Assembly: GCA_965659285.1 (NCBI GenBank)
Contig: CBFHWB010000002.1
Coordinates: 3,435 to 67,434 of the forward strand
Source: Planctomycetota bacterium
GTDB taxonomy: Bacteria > Planctomycetota > UBA8108
DNA length: 64,000 bases
Direction: 5' to 3'
Made by a program: the position numbers and the translations under genes. Within the stretch, counting starts at the first letter, position 1. The number at the start of each line of letters is the position of its first letter. This document shows, one piece after another, positions 1 to 9,691 of this stretch. The notes beneath the pieces were generated by a model. That model saw only the letters and a list, made by a program, of their open reading frames with translations. It was not told the DNA's origin and did no database searches.

Positions 1-2
1 AG

Positions 3-2984
3 TTGCGCAAGAAGGGCAACCTGTCGATGGCGGGTAAGGCATCCGCCAGCAGCGAGGAGAAGAATAAGAACAACCTCACGAAGTACGGCAACGATGGCAA
101 CCTCGGCACCCGCTGGTGCGCCAACGGCGGCAACCCCGGCGAGACCTGGCAGGTCGACCTCGGCGCGGCGAAGCATATTCGCTCTCTCCGAATCCACTGG
201 GAGAAGGGCGGCGCGGCCTATCGCTACCAGGTCGAGGCCTCCGCCGACGGCAAGGAGTGGAAGACCATCGTCGACAAGTCGAAGAACAGGAAGAAGGCCC
301 AGGTTACCCCGCACAAGGTTGATTCTCCCGCGACCCGCCACCTGCGAGTGAAGTTTCTCGGTTCGAGCGGTTCCTATTGGGGGAGCTTCTGGGAGTTCGA
401 GGCCTATGCCAGCGCACAGCTTCCGCCCCTCAAGAAGACGATCAAAAAGGCGGCCCTCGCAGCAGCTTTGGGGCCATCGAGCATCGCCGATGTCAAGGCT
501 CCCGAAGGATTCAACGCGACGCTCTTCGGCACTCCACCGGAGGTTAACTATCCTGTCTGTCTCGCGGCTGCGGCCACCGGCGAGGTCTTTGTCGGGGTCG
601 ATGAGCAGGGTTCGCTTGGTAAGCAGCCCGGCCGGGGCAAGGTCATACGCTGCATCGACACCGATGGAGATGGCGAGGCGGACAAGGTCAACATCTTCGC
701 GAAGATGAACCATCCGCGCGGGCTCTTCTACGACAACGGCTCCCTCTGGGTTCTGCATCCGCCCTTCTTTACTGTCTATCACGACGATGATCTTGATGGT
801 GTCGCTGACCGTCACGAGACGCTCATCACCGGCATCAGCTCCGATGAGACCAAGCGCCGCGGTGCCGACCACACGACCAACGGGATCCGCATGGGTATCG
901 ATGGCTGGCTCTACATCGCCGTTGGCGATTTCGGGTTCACGGAGGCCAAAGGCAAAGATGGAACCATGCTTGCCCGCCGCGGCGGCGGGGTCGTTCGGGT
1001 CCGGCTTGACGGCACCGGCATGGAGATCTTCAGTTGGGGACAGCGGAACATCGTCGATATCTGTGTCGATCCCTACCTGAACCTCTATACCCGGGACAAC
1101 ACCAATGATGGAGGCGGCTGGGATATTCGCCTCAGTCACGTCATGCAGTCGGGTCTGTATGGCTACCCCTCGCTCTACCTGAACTTCACCGAGGAGACCT
1201 TCCCGCCACTAAAGGATTACGGAGGCGGCTCCGGTTGCGGCGCGATGTATTTCCAGGATCTGCGCTGGCCGCAGCCCTATGCCGACGCGCTCTATACCTG
1301 TGACTGGGGCACCAGCACGGTCTACCGCCACAACCTGCCGGCCAACGGCGCGACCTTCAACGCCCACCAGGAGGTTTTTCTCAAGCTTCCCCGGCCGACC
1401 GACATGGATGTCGATGGCAGCGGCCGGCTCTACGTTTCGAGCTGGAAGAACGGCAAGTTCAACTTCAGCGGTCCCAATGTCGGTTTCGTGACCCAGATTA
1501 CCCCGGTGGGCTTTACACCGAAGCCTTTTCCCGAGTTGAACGAGTCCGGGGATGCGGATCTGCTCAGCTACCTCTCTTCTCCCTCGGCGGTTTACCGTCT
1601 CCATGCACAGCTTGAACTGCTCCGCCGCGGAAAAGACAAGGCCCGGATCACCGCGCTTGGAGCTCTCGCCGCCGATGGCAAGGCTCCGCTCTATGGCCGG
1701 ATTGCGGCAATCTATACGGTCAGTCAGCTTCTGGGGCCGGAGGCGCAGGCTCACCTGCTGAAGCTGCTCGATGATGCCTCCATCCGGGAGGCCGCCCTTC
1801 GTGCTCTGACCGATGACAAGGCCGGGCTCGACAAGCTGCCCCTGGAGCCCTTTCTTGCCGCGCTTAAGGATGAGAACCCCCGGGTGAGGGCGCAGGCCCT
1901 GATCAGCCTTGGGCGTCTCGGGCGGCGCGAGGCGGGCAAGGCCATTCTTCCTCTCACGATACGTCCTTCCGGCCAGCCAGGGCCGGAGGCCAGGCCGCTC
2001 TATAAGCAGGCGGATCCCGGCCGGGTCATTCCCCACCTGGCGGTGCGCGCGCTGGAGAGTTGCAACTCGGTACAGGTCTGCCTGGAGGCCATAGAAGGAT
2101 CCCATTCGGCCGGGGCTTTCTGGGCTCTGAAATACATGCACAACGAAGAGGCCGTTTCGGGACTGGCGGCGGGTCTTAGCCGCACCCAGAGCGCCGCCAC
2201 CCGCCGTGAAATCCTCACGACCCTGGTCCGCCTCTACCACCGTGAGGGAGACTACAAGAGCGGCTGGTGGGGTACGCGCCCGGATCGCAGCGGACCCTAT
2301 TACGACAGGAAACCCTGGGCCCAGAGCGAAAAGATAGCCGCCATCCTGAAGACCTTTCTCGCCGGCGCCGATGCGAACACTCTCGAGGGCACAGCCTCAG
2401 AGTTGGCGCGCCATAAGGTCAAGATCGCCGGTTTGCCAACCGCGGCAACCGTCGCCGCGCGGGCGAAGGAGACCCAGGCGCCAATCGTGGTCCCCCAGGC
2501 CGACCCGAACAATCCAAACCTGGTGGCGAACCTCAAGGCCGAGCTGGCCGCCAGCCGCGCGTTGAAGGCGAAGGGATCGGCAAAGCGGGGCGAGGCGCTC
2601 TTCAAGCTCCAGACCTGCGATACCTGCCACACCACGGCTAACGGGCAGCTTCCCAAGGGGCCGCACCTGGTCGACATCGGCAAGCGTTATAAGAAGGCAG
2701 AGCTGATCGAGTCCATCCTCAAGCCGAGCGCCAAGATCGCCCAGGGCTTCGATACCTATGTCTTCGTCATGAAGAACGGCAAGGCGATGACGGGCTTCGT
2801 AACGAGCGAGAGCGCTGAAGAGGTCGAGCTCAGGCAAACCAACGGGATCTCCTCGACGATCACAAAGAGCGAGGTTGGTGTGCGGCGGAAATCACCCGGC
2901 TCGGTCATGCCGATCGGGCTCGTCAACAGCCTCACTCCCGAACAGCTCGCCGACCTCATCGCCTACCTGCAATCGCTGAAGTAA
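3..2984 (+). CDS. large multidomain protein, 5' end truncated at the window edge: F5/8 type C discoidin domain, PVC-type dehydrogenase-like beta-propeller region, HEAT repeats, C-terminal cytochrome c domain
   Basis: N-terminus contains GNLGTRWCANGGNPGETWQVDLG, which is discoidin-like. The middle region (DTDGDGEADKV...HPRGLFYDNGSLWV) matches the planctomycete membrane-bound dehydrogenase-like domain. HEAT-like repeats follow (PRVRAQALISLGRLG). There is a single CxxCH haem-binding motif (CDTCH) near the C-terminus. The ORF runs to the window edge. Confidence 0.6.
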   Translation: MRKKGNLSMAGKASASSEEKNKNNLTKYGNDGNLGTRWCANGGNPGETWQVDLGAAKHIRSLRIHWEKGGAAYRYQVEASADGKEWKTIVDKSKNRKKAQVTPHKVDSPATRHLRVKFLGSSGSYWGSFWEFEAYASAQLPPLKKTIKKAALAAALGPSSIADVKAPEGFNATLFGTPPEVNYPVCLAAAATGEVFVGVDEQGSLGKQPGRGKVIRCIDTDGDGEADKVNIFAKMNHPRGLFYDNGSLWVLHPPFFTVYHDDDLDGVADRHETLITGISSDETKRRGADHTTNGIRMGIDGWLYIAVGDFGFTEAKGKDGTMLARRGGGVVRVRLDGTGMEIFSWGQRNIVDICVDPYLNLYTRDNTNDGGGWDIRLSHVMQSGLYGYPSLYLNFTEETFPPLKDYGGGSGCGAMYFQDLRWPQPYADALYTCDWGTSTVYRHNLPANGATFNAHQEVFLKLPRPTDMDVDGSGRLYVSSWKNGKFNFSGPNVGFVTQITPVGFTPKPFPELNESGDADLLSYLSSPSAVYRLHAQLELLRRGKDKARITALGALAADGKAPLYGRIAAIYTVSQLLGPEAQAHLLKLLDDASIREAALRALTDDKAGLDKLPLEPFLAALKDENPRVRAQALISLGRLGRREAGKAILPLTIRPSGQPGPEARPLYKQADPGRVIPHLAVRALESCNSVQVCLEAIEGSHSAGAFWALKYMHNEEAVSGLAAGLSRTQSAATRREILTTLVRLYHREGDYKSGWWGTRPDRSGPYYDRKPWAQSEKIAAILKTFLAGADANTLEGTASELARHKVKIAGLPTAATVAARAKETQAPIVVPQADPNNPNLVANLKAELAASRALKAKGSAKRGEALFKLQTCDTCHTTANGQLPKGPHLVDIGKRYKKAELIESILKPSAKIAQGFDTYVFVMKNGKAMTGFVTSESAEEVELRQTNGISSTITKSEVGVRRKSPGSVMPIGLVNSLTPEQLADLIAYLQSLK

Positions 2985-2991
2985 GAGGTTC

Positions 2992-4368
<1,377 letters not shown>

Positions 4369-4372
4369 CCGC

Positions 4373-5146
4373 TCACTCCGGCGTTACGTAGGCGCTGGTG
4401 ATGCCGCCGTCGACCATGAAGGTCGTGCCGGTGACGTAGGAGGAATCTTCGGAGGCGAGATAGAGAGCGGCCTGGGCCATCTCCGTCGCCTCGCCGAATC
4501 GTCCCATGGGGACGTGTACCAGGCGGCGTTGCTTCTTTTCCTCTGTGTCGAGGAAGTCCATCAGCATCTTGGTCTTCAGCGGGCCGGGGCAGAGAGCGTT
4601 GACCCTTACTCCCTCGCGGGCGTGGATGACGGCCAGCTCCCGGGTCATCGCCAGCACGCCGCCCTTGCTGGCGGTGTAGGCGAGCTGCGGCGTCGCTGCT
4701 CCGAGGACCGCGACGAAGGAGGCGGTGTTGATCACCGAGCCGCCGCCGGCACGCAGGATGGCGGGGATCCCGTACTTGCAGCCGAAGAAGACCCCCTTGA
4801 GGTTGATGTTCATGGTGAGATCCCAGATCTCCTCCTCGGTGGCCACGGCATCGCCGTCTTCGGGGTGCATGATCCCGGCATTGTTGAAGAGAATATCGAG
4901 CCGTCCGAACTTGTCCTCGGCAGCCTGGACCATCGCTTCGCAGTCGGCCGCCTTCGAGACATCGGCGTCCCGGTAGATCGCCTCCCCTCCGGCCTCTTCG
5001 ACGAGTGAAATGGTCTCTGCGCCGGCCTCGGAGTTGACGTCGGTGGCCACGACCCGGGCTCCCTCCGCTGCAAAGGCCAGGGCGGTCTGCCGGCCGATGC
5101 CGCCACCTCCGCCGGTGATGAGGGCAACCTTACCTTCGAGTCTCAT
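4373..5146 (-). CDS. short-chain dehydrogenase/reductase (SDR) family oxidoreductase
   Basis: Start moved to MRLEGKVALITGGGGGIG, which carries the TGxxxGxG Rossmann motif and is preceded by GGAAGGAGAA. The YxxxK catalytic motif (YTASK) is present. ATGA overlap with the upstream hydrolase gene. The tool ORF extends further upstream, but that extension has no SDR homology. Confidence 0.8.
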   Translation of the reverse strand: MRLEGKVALITGGGGGIGRQTALAFAAEGARVVATDVNSEAGAETISLVEEAGGEAIYRDADVSKAADCEAMVQAAEDKFGRLDILFNNAGIMHPEDGDAVATEEEIWDLTMNINLKGVFFGCKYGIPAILRAGGGSVINTASFVAVLGAATPQLAYTASKGGVLAMTRELAVIHAREGVRVNALCPGPLKTKMLMDFLDTEEKKQRRLVHVPMGRFGEATEMAQAALYLASEDSSYVTGTTFMVDGGITSAYVTPE

Positions 5147-5880
5147 TCTGATTCTCCTTCCTTGCCGGTTGCTGCCTGGCGGGTCGCGAGGGCGGCCTCC
5201 GCCAGCGCGTTGAAGAGCCGCTGCTGGATGGGATCTTCCGCCGCGGTCAGCTCCGGGTGCCACTGTACAGCGTAGAGCCAGGGATGGTCGGGTTTTTCTA
5301 ATGCCTCGATGGTGCCGTCAGGCGCCCGGGCCACCACGGTGAGGCCCGGGGCGACATCGCGGATGGCCTGGTGATGCCAGGATTCCGCGGTGAACCCGGT
5401 CTCGCCGAGAATTCCGGCCAGGCCGGAGCCGTCCTCGACCACTACCGGGTGGGGGGTCGGCTCACGGGGCGGCAGGCGGTGGGCGACCTCTTCTCCCACG
5501 TGGTCGGGGAGATGGTCAAAGAGTGTTCCACCCAGTGCCACATTCAGGAGCTGGGTGCCGCGGCAGATCCCGAGGGTGGGGAGGCCCGAGTCGAGTGCCC
5601 GCTCGAGCAGGGCGAGCTCCGTCGTGTCGCGCTCCGGATCGACCATGTAGATCATCTCGTGTTCGCTGCCGCCGTAGCGGGCGGGCTCGATGTCGCCGCC
5701 TCCGGGAAAGAGGAAGCCATCGACCAGCTCGAACCAGCGGTCAATGTGTTCTTCCCCCGGTGGCAGGAGGATGGGGGAGGCGCCGCTTCTTCGGACCGAC
5801 TCGACGTACTCAGCCGGCAGGAAGAAGTGCCCCTCATCGTTGCGTCCGTAGGTGGGGATTCCAATGAGTGCGGGCTTCAT
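5143..5880 (-). CDS. gamma-glutamyl-amide hydrolase, class I glutamine amidotransferase-like (peptidase C26, PuuD-like)
   Basis: 245 aa. Nucleophile-elbow motif GICRGTQLLNVALGG and a downstream conserved His (WHHQ region), typical of gamma-glutamyl-gamma-aminobutyrate hydrolase-type enzymes. Confidence 0.75.
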   Translation of the reverse strand: MKPALIGIPTYGRNDEGHFFLPAEYVESVRRSGASPILLPPGEEHIDRWFELVDGFLFPGGGDIEPARYGGSEHEMIYMVDPERDTTELALLERALDSGLPTLGICRGTQLLNVALGGTLFDHLPDHVGEEVAHRLPPREPTPHPVVVEDGSGLAGILGETGFTAESWHHQAIRDVAPGLTVVARAPDGTIEALEKPDHPWLYAVQWHPELTAAEDPIQQRLFNALAEAALATRQAATGKEGESE

Positions 5881-5895
5881 GTCTCGGGCAGGTCC

Positions 5896-7275
5896 TCAGA
5901 TGCGCTCGAAGTAGCGCTTGCGATCCCAAAGGTTGTCGGTAGTGTCACGTGCGGTCTCCTCGGTACGGAAGAAGCGCGTGTAGTGGTCGACCACCGAGTC
6001 CCCGAAGGCCTCCCTGGCGAAGGAGCTCTTCTCGAAGAGCTCGGTCGCCTCAGCGAGGTTCGCGGGAACGGCGGGAAGGTCTTTTGCCTGGTAGACATCG
6101 CCCTCGAAATGGGGCGGCGGCTCGATCTGCCTGGAGATGCCATCAAGCCCGGAGGCCAGCGCCGCCGCGTAGACCAGGTAGGGGTTGCAGTCGGCACCCG
6201 GCAGGCGGCACTCGATGCGAAGGCTGCTGCCGCTGCCGACGACCCGGAACCCGGCGGTGCGGTTGTCATGACTCCAGGCCAGCTGCGTCGGAGCCCAGGA
6301 GCCCGACTGGTAGCGCCTGTAGGAATTCGGGGTAGGAGCGTAGAAGACCATCACATCGGGCACGTGTGCGATCCAGCCGCCGAGAAACCAGCGGAAGATC
6401 TCCGAGCAGCGCACCGGGCCGAGCTCGTCCTCGCCATCGAAGGCGTTGTGGCCGTTTTCCCAGAGGCTGAGGTGCACATGGCAGCTCGATCCGGCCTGGT
6501 TGTCGTCGTACTTGGCCATGAAGGTGACGCTCATCTCGAGCTCGTCGGCGATCTCCTTGAAGCACTGCTTGTAGATCGAGTGGCGGTCGGCCATGTCGAG
6601 CGCCTCGGCGTAGCGAATGTTGAGCTCGTGCTGGCCGAGTCCCCATTCACCTTTGGAGTTTTCGACCGGGACCCCGGAGCGTTTCAGGTTTCTGCGGACG
6701 GCCTGGTTGAGCTTTTCGACCCGGGTGCCCTGGAGCATATGGTAGTCCTCGAGGTACCAGCCGGTCGGACGCAGGCCCGAGTAGCCTTTCTCATGCGCCT
6801 CCCGGTAGGTGTCTTCGAACATATAGTATTCGAGCTCCGAGGCGGCGAAGACATCATGGCCCGCGGCGGAGGCGGCCTCGAGCTGCCTGCGCAGCAGAGA
6901 GCGTGGCGCCTCGGCCACCGGGGCGTGCCCTTTGTCATCTTCCAGGTCGCAGATGACCATCGCGGTTTTTTCAAGCCAGGTTACCTGCCTGAGGGTCGAG
7001 AGGTCGGGAACCATGTGGAAGTCGCCGTAGCCGGATTCCCAATTGGCGAGGTCGTAGCCGGGCACCGGCTCCATCTCCATGTCGACGGTGAGCAGGTAGT
7101 TGCAGCAGTGGGTGCCGTCCTTCGCGGCGCTCTCGAGGAAGAAGTCGGCATCGAAGCGCTTGCCCATGAAGCGGCCGTAGAGGTCGCTGAAGACTACCAG
7201 CACGGTGTCGATCTCGTCTTCCCTGGCGAGTCGCTTCAGCTGGTCAAGATTGAGAAGCCCCTGGTTTTCGCTCAT
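5896..7275 (-). CDS. glutamine synthetase family protein, probable gamma-glutamyl-amine (gamma-glutamylethanolamide/polyamine) synthetase
   Basis: 459 aa with the GS catalytic-domain architecture (beta-grasp N-domain plus catalytic C-domain). It sits adjacent to a gamma-glutamyl hydrolase, as in puuA/puuD and glnA4-type clusters. Confidence 0.8.
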   Translation of the reverse strand: MSENQGLLNLDQLKRLAREDEIDTVLVVFSDLYGRFMGKRFDADFFLESAAKDGTHCCNYLLTVDMEMEPVPGYDLANWESGYGDFHMVPDLSTLRQVTWLEKTAMVICDLEDDKGHAPVAEAPRSLLRRQLEAASAAGHDVFAASELEYYMFEDTYREAHEKGYSGLRPTGWYLEDYHMLQGTRVEKLNQAVRRNLKRSGVPVENSKGEWGLGQHELNIRYAEALDMADRHSIYKQCFKEIADELEMSVTFMAKYDDNQAGSSCHVHLSLWENGHNAFDGEDELGPVRCSEIFRWFLGGWIAHVPDVMVFYAPTPNSYRRYQSGSWAPTQLAWSHDNRTAGFRVVGSGSSLRIECRLPGADCNPYLVYAAALASGLDGISRQIEPPPHFEGDVYQAKDLPAVPANLAEATELFEKSSFAREAFGDSVVDHYTRFFRTEETARDTTDNLWDRKRYFERI

Positions 7276-8805
7276 TCATTCGACTCCATTCTTACCGTCG
7301 AGCTCGCCGAGGTGTTTAGCGAGGAGGGCGACCTCCTCTTCGGGCGCCTGGGCCACGAGCTTGTGACGGCTGTAAAGAAGATAGTAAACCATACCGAGCA
7401 CAAGAAATGCCCCGACCCCGTAAATACCGGGACGGAAATCTTCCCGGTAGATCGTGGCTCCCAGCGCGGCGATGGAGAGCAGGGCGCCGAGCGCGGCTCC
7501 CGGAATTCCCAATGGACTCCGATAGGGGCGCTCGAGATCCGGGCGGGTGATCCGCAGCTTGATATAGCTGAACATGACCAGCGCGTAGGAGATCACCGCT
7601 CCGAAGACCGCCATGTTGAGCAGGGCGCCACCAACAGCTGTAGGGACCACCTCGCCGCTTTCACTTTCTTTTTCGCCAAGGAAATGGAGCACGAGCGCGC
7701 AGGCGAGGCCGATCACGGCTCCGAGGATGAGGGCGCGATGAGGCGTTTTCTGTCCGGAGGTTCTTGATATCCAGCGTGGAAAATAGCCCGCTCGCGAGAG
7801 AGCGAAGAGCACTCGTCCGTAGGCGTAGATGATCGTATGGAAGCTGGCGATCAGCCCGGTCAACGCGATGAGAGTCAGGAAGAGGGTCGTTCCACCCGAT
7901 CCGAAGATCGCCTTGAAGCCCTCTCCCAGCGGCGCGTCGGACTCCTGGATGGCCAGGGCGCCGCCGCCGATACCGGTGTTCAGAACAAGGGTGAAAACGG
8001 AGAGCGCCAGCAAGGTGATGATGCCGAGGATGAGCGCCCTGGGCATGTCTCTGACTACATCGTGGGTCTCTTCCGCCGCCAGCGGCAGCTGCTCAATCGC
8101 CAGGTAGAACCAGATCGCGAAGGGCAGGGCGAGGAAGACGCCGCTCCAGCCCTTCGGCAGCCATCTCGGATCCTGCCCTTCTTCCGCCGGTATGTTGAAG
8201 AGGAGCTCCGGATCGAAGCTCCCGGAGACCAGCGCGCTTACATAGAAAACAATGAGCACCGCCAGCGCGGCGAGGGTAATCACCAGGCCGACCTTCAGGG
8301 TCAGCTCGACGCCTCGAATGTTGATGGTGACAAAGCAGAGGTAGGCCAGCACCCACCAGAGCGGGTCGTAGCCGCTGAATTCTTCACCGGTCAATCCTCC
8401 AACGAGGTTATTCATGTAGCCGCCGATCCCGACAACGATGACCGCCGGGGTGATGACGTATTCGATCGCGTCGGTGAGCCCGCAGATGAAGCCGCCGGTG
8501 GGGCCGAAGGCGTTTCTCACGAAAGAATAAAACCCCCCGGCATGGGGGAGGGCGGCAGAGAGCTCCGCGATGCTGAAAACCATGCAGACATACATCACGG
8601 CCATTACAAGCGTGGCGATGGCGAGCCCCCAGAAACCTCCCGCCTCCAACCCGAAGTTCCAGCCGAAATAATCCCCTGAGATGACCGCCCCTACTCCGAG
8701 CGCCCACAGCAGCACCCAGCCCGCGCTCTTTTTAAGCGAGCGTTTCTCTAGATAGTCGCTGTCGACGTTTTCGTAACTTGCCAGGCCGGATTTCTTGTCT
8801 GACAT
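7276..8805 (-). CDS. APC-family amino acid/amine permease, ethanolamine permease (Eat)-like
   Basis: 12-TM APC architecture. The N-terminal region (YLEKRSLKKSAGWVLLWALGVGAVISGDYFGWNFG) resembles the ethanolamine permease subfamily. Start set at MSDKK, the tool ORF minus 19 codons. First gene of the operon. Confidence 0.65.
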   Translation of the reverse strand: MSDKKSGLASYENVDSDYLEKRSLKKSAGWVLLWALGVGAVISGDYFGWNFGLEAGGFWGLAIATLVMAVMYVCMVFSIAELSAALPHAGGFYSFVRNAFGPTGGFICGLTDAIEYVITPAVIVVGIGGYMNNLVGGLTGEEFSGYDPLWWVLAYLCFVTINIRGVELTLKVGLVITLAALAVLIVFYVSALVSGSFDPELLFNIPAEEGQDPRWLPKGWSGVFLALPFAIWFYLAIEQLPLAAEETHDVVRDMPRALILGIITLLALSVFTLVLNTGIGGGALAIQESDAPLGEGFKAIFGSGGTTLFLTLIALTGLIASFHTIIYAYGRVLFALSRAGYFPRWISRTSGQKTPHRALILGAVIGLACALVLHFLGEKESESGEVVPTAVGGALLNMAVFGAVISYALVMFSYIKLRITRPDLERPYRSPLGIPGAALGALLSIAALGATIYREDFRPGIYGVGAFLVLGMVYYLLYSRHKLVAQAPEEEVALLAKHLGELDGKNGVE

Positions 8806-9018
8806 TCGTTTTCCCGGGGTGTTCCAGTAGAGTCGCGCGACCCAGGCGCGGTAAACGATCATACGGAACTGTCCGAGTATCGCAAGAGCCCCCCTGCTGA
8901 GGGGCTTACAGGCCGCGTGATTTTTTCCATCCGGGCTCTAAGACTGGTAAGATACTGGCTGCAATTCGACTGGCTTTGAGTCCAGATAAAGAAACGGCTT
9001 TTTTGAAAGGAGCCACCC

Positions 9019-9570
9019 ATGAAGTTCAGTGCGCTGTTCCTGGCAGCTCTCCTGGCGACGCCCGCGTTCGCGGACGAGTCCGGGAAGGTCGAGTCAGGCT
9101 GTAAGGCGGGAGAGGGGACTGCGAAGTTCAGCGTTCTTCCCGTCACCGGGAAGTTCGTCAAACGGAAAAACGGTCTCTGCTATATATGAGTGGGCGGCAG
9201 AAAAGCCTCCGTCGCGATTTTCTCTCGCGAGGTAGGTAAAGACCTGGCCGGTCTGGTCAGGGGAATCGATAAGGTTGCCGCTAATTCCAAGGGTTCGATC
9301 GCTTATCTCATCTCTCTGGATGATGACAAGTCGGGCGCTCGCAAAAAGCTCGCGGCTTTCGCTGCCGCCAATAAGATCAAGGCTGTTGATATGACCATCA
9401 ACCGTGGAGGCAAGAACGCTCCCAAGGGTTGGAAGATCAACGACAAGGCCAAGCACACCGTCGTCATCTACAAGAACAAGACGGTGGTCAAGACCTTTGG
9501 TCTGAACAAGATCGACAAGAAGACTGTCGCGGAAGTTGCCGCGGCCGCGGCCAAGGTACTCGGTAGCTGA
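9019..9570 (+). CDS. candidate secreted selenoprotein with CxxU motif (in-frame UGA at 9187-9189). Alternative reading: a 56-aa secreted Cys-containing peptide (9019-9189) followed by a separate hypothetical protein (9190-9570)
   Basis: ATG at 9019 is preceded by AAAGGAG. It encodes a signal peptide MKFSALFLAALLATPAFA followed by ...KNGLCYI, then TGA. The downstream 126-codon ORF is in the same frame and begins on the codon immediately after the TGA, with no RBS of its own. Read-through gives C-Y-I-U-V-G-G. A GC-rich hairpin (TCGCGA stem) lies about 20 nt downstream of the TGA. Confidence 0.35.
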
Positions 9571-9691
9571 GACCTTTCGGCCTGTTTACGGGAGACCGTT
9601 TTCTCTGAATGAACGGTCTCCCGTGATTTTTTTACGCCGCCCGGCCACCGGGTTCCGGGCGAGTTTCCGATACGCGACCGCCAACGTCACC

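Noticed and set aside
4373-5263. N-terminal 39-codon extension of the SDR ORF as annotated by the six-frame track
   Set aside because: The extension is Arg/Gly/Pro-rich and overlaps the hydrolase gene. The internal Met is followed immediately by the Rossmann motif and preceded by a good RBS.
5371-7767. 798-aa plus-strand ORF, and similar long ORFs (for example 16793-17704, 18621-19652, 2963-3883)
   Set aside because: These are antisense or out-of-frame to strongly supported genes. Their sequences are Arg/Gly/Pro-rich and low-complexity, as expected for GC-rich shadow ORFs, with no homology signal.
9190-9570. Treating the 126-aa ORF as an independent gene starting at the GTG at 9190
   Set aside because: Not fully rejected, but less parsimonious. 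There is no RBS, and the GTG is the codon immediately after an in-frame TGA that follows a Cys-x-x context. The selenoprotein read-through model explains the arrangement better. I kept it as an alternative in the feature call.
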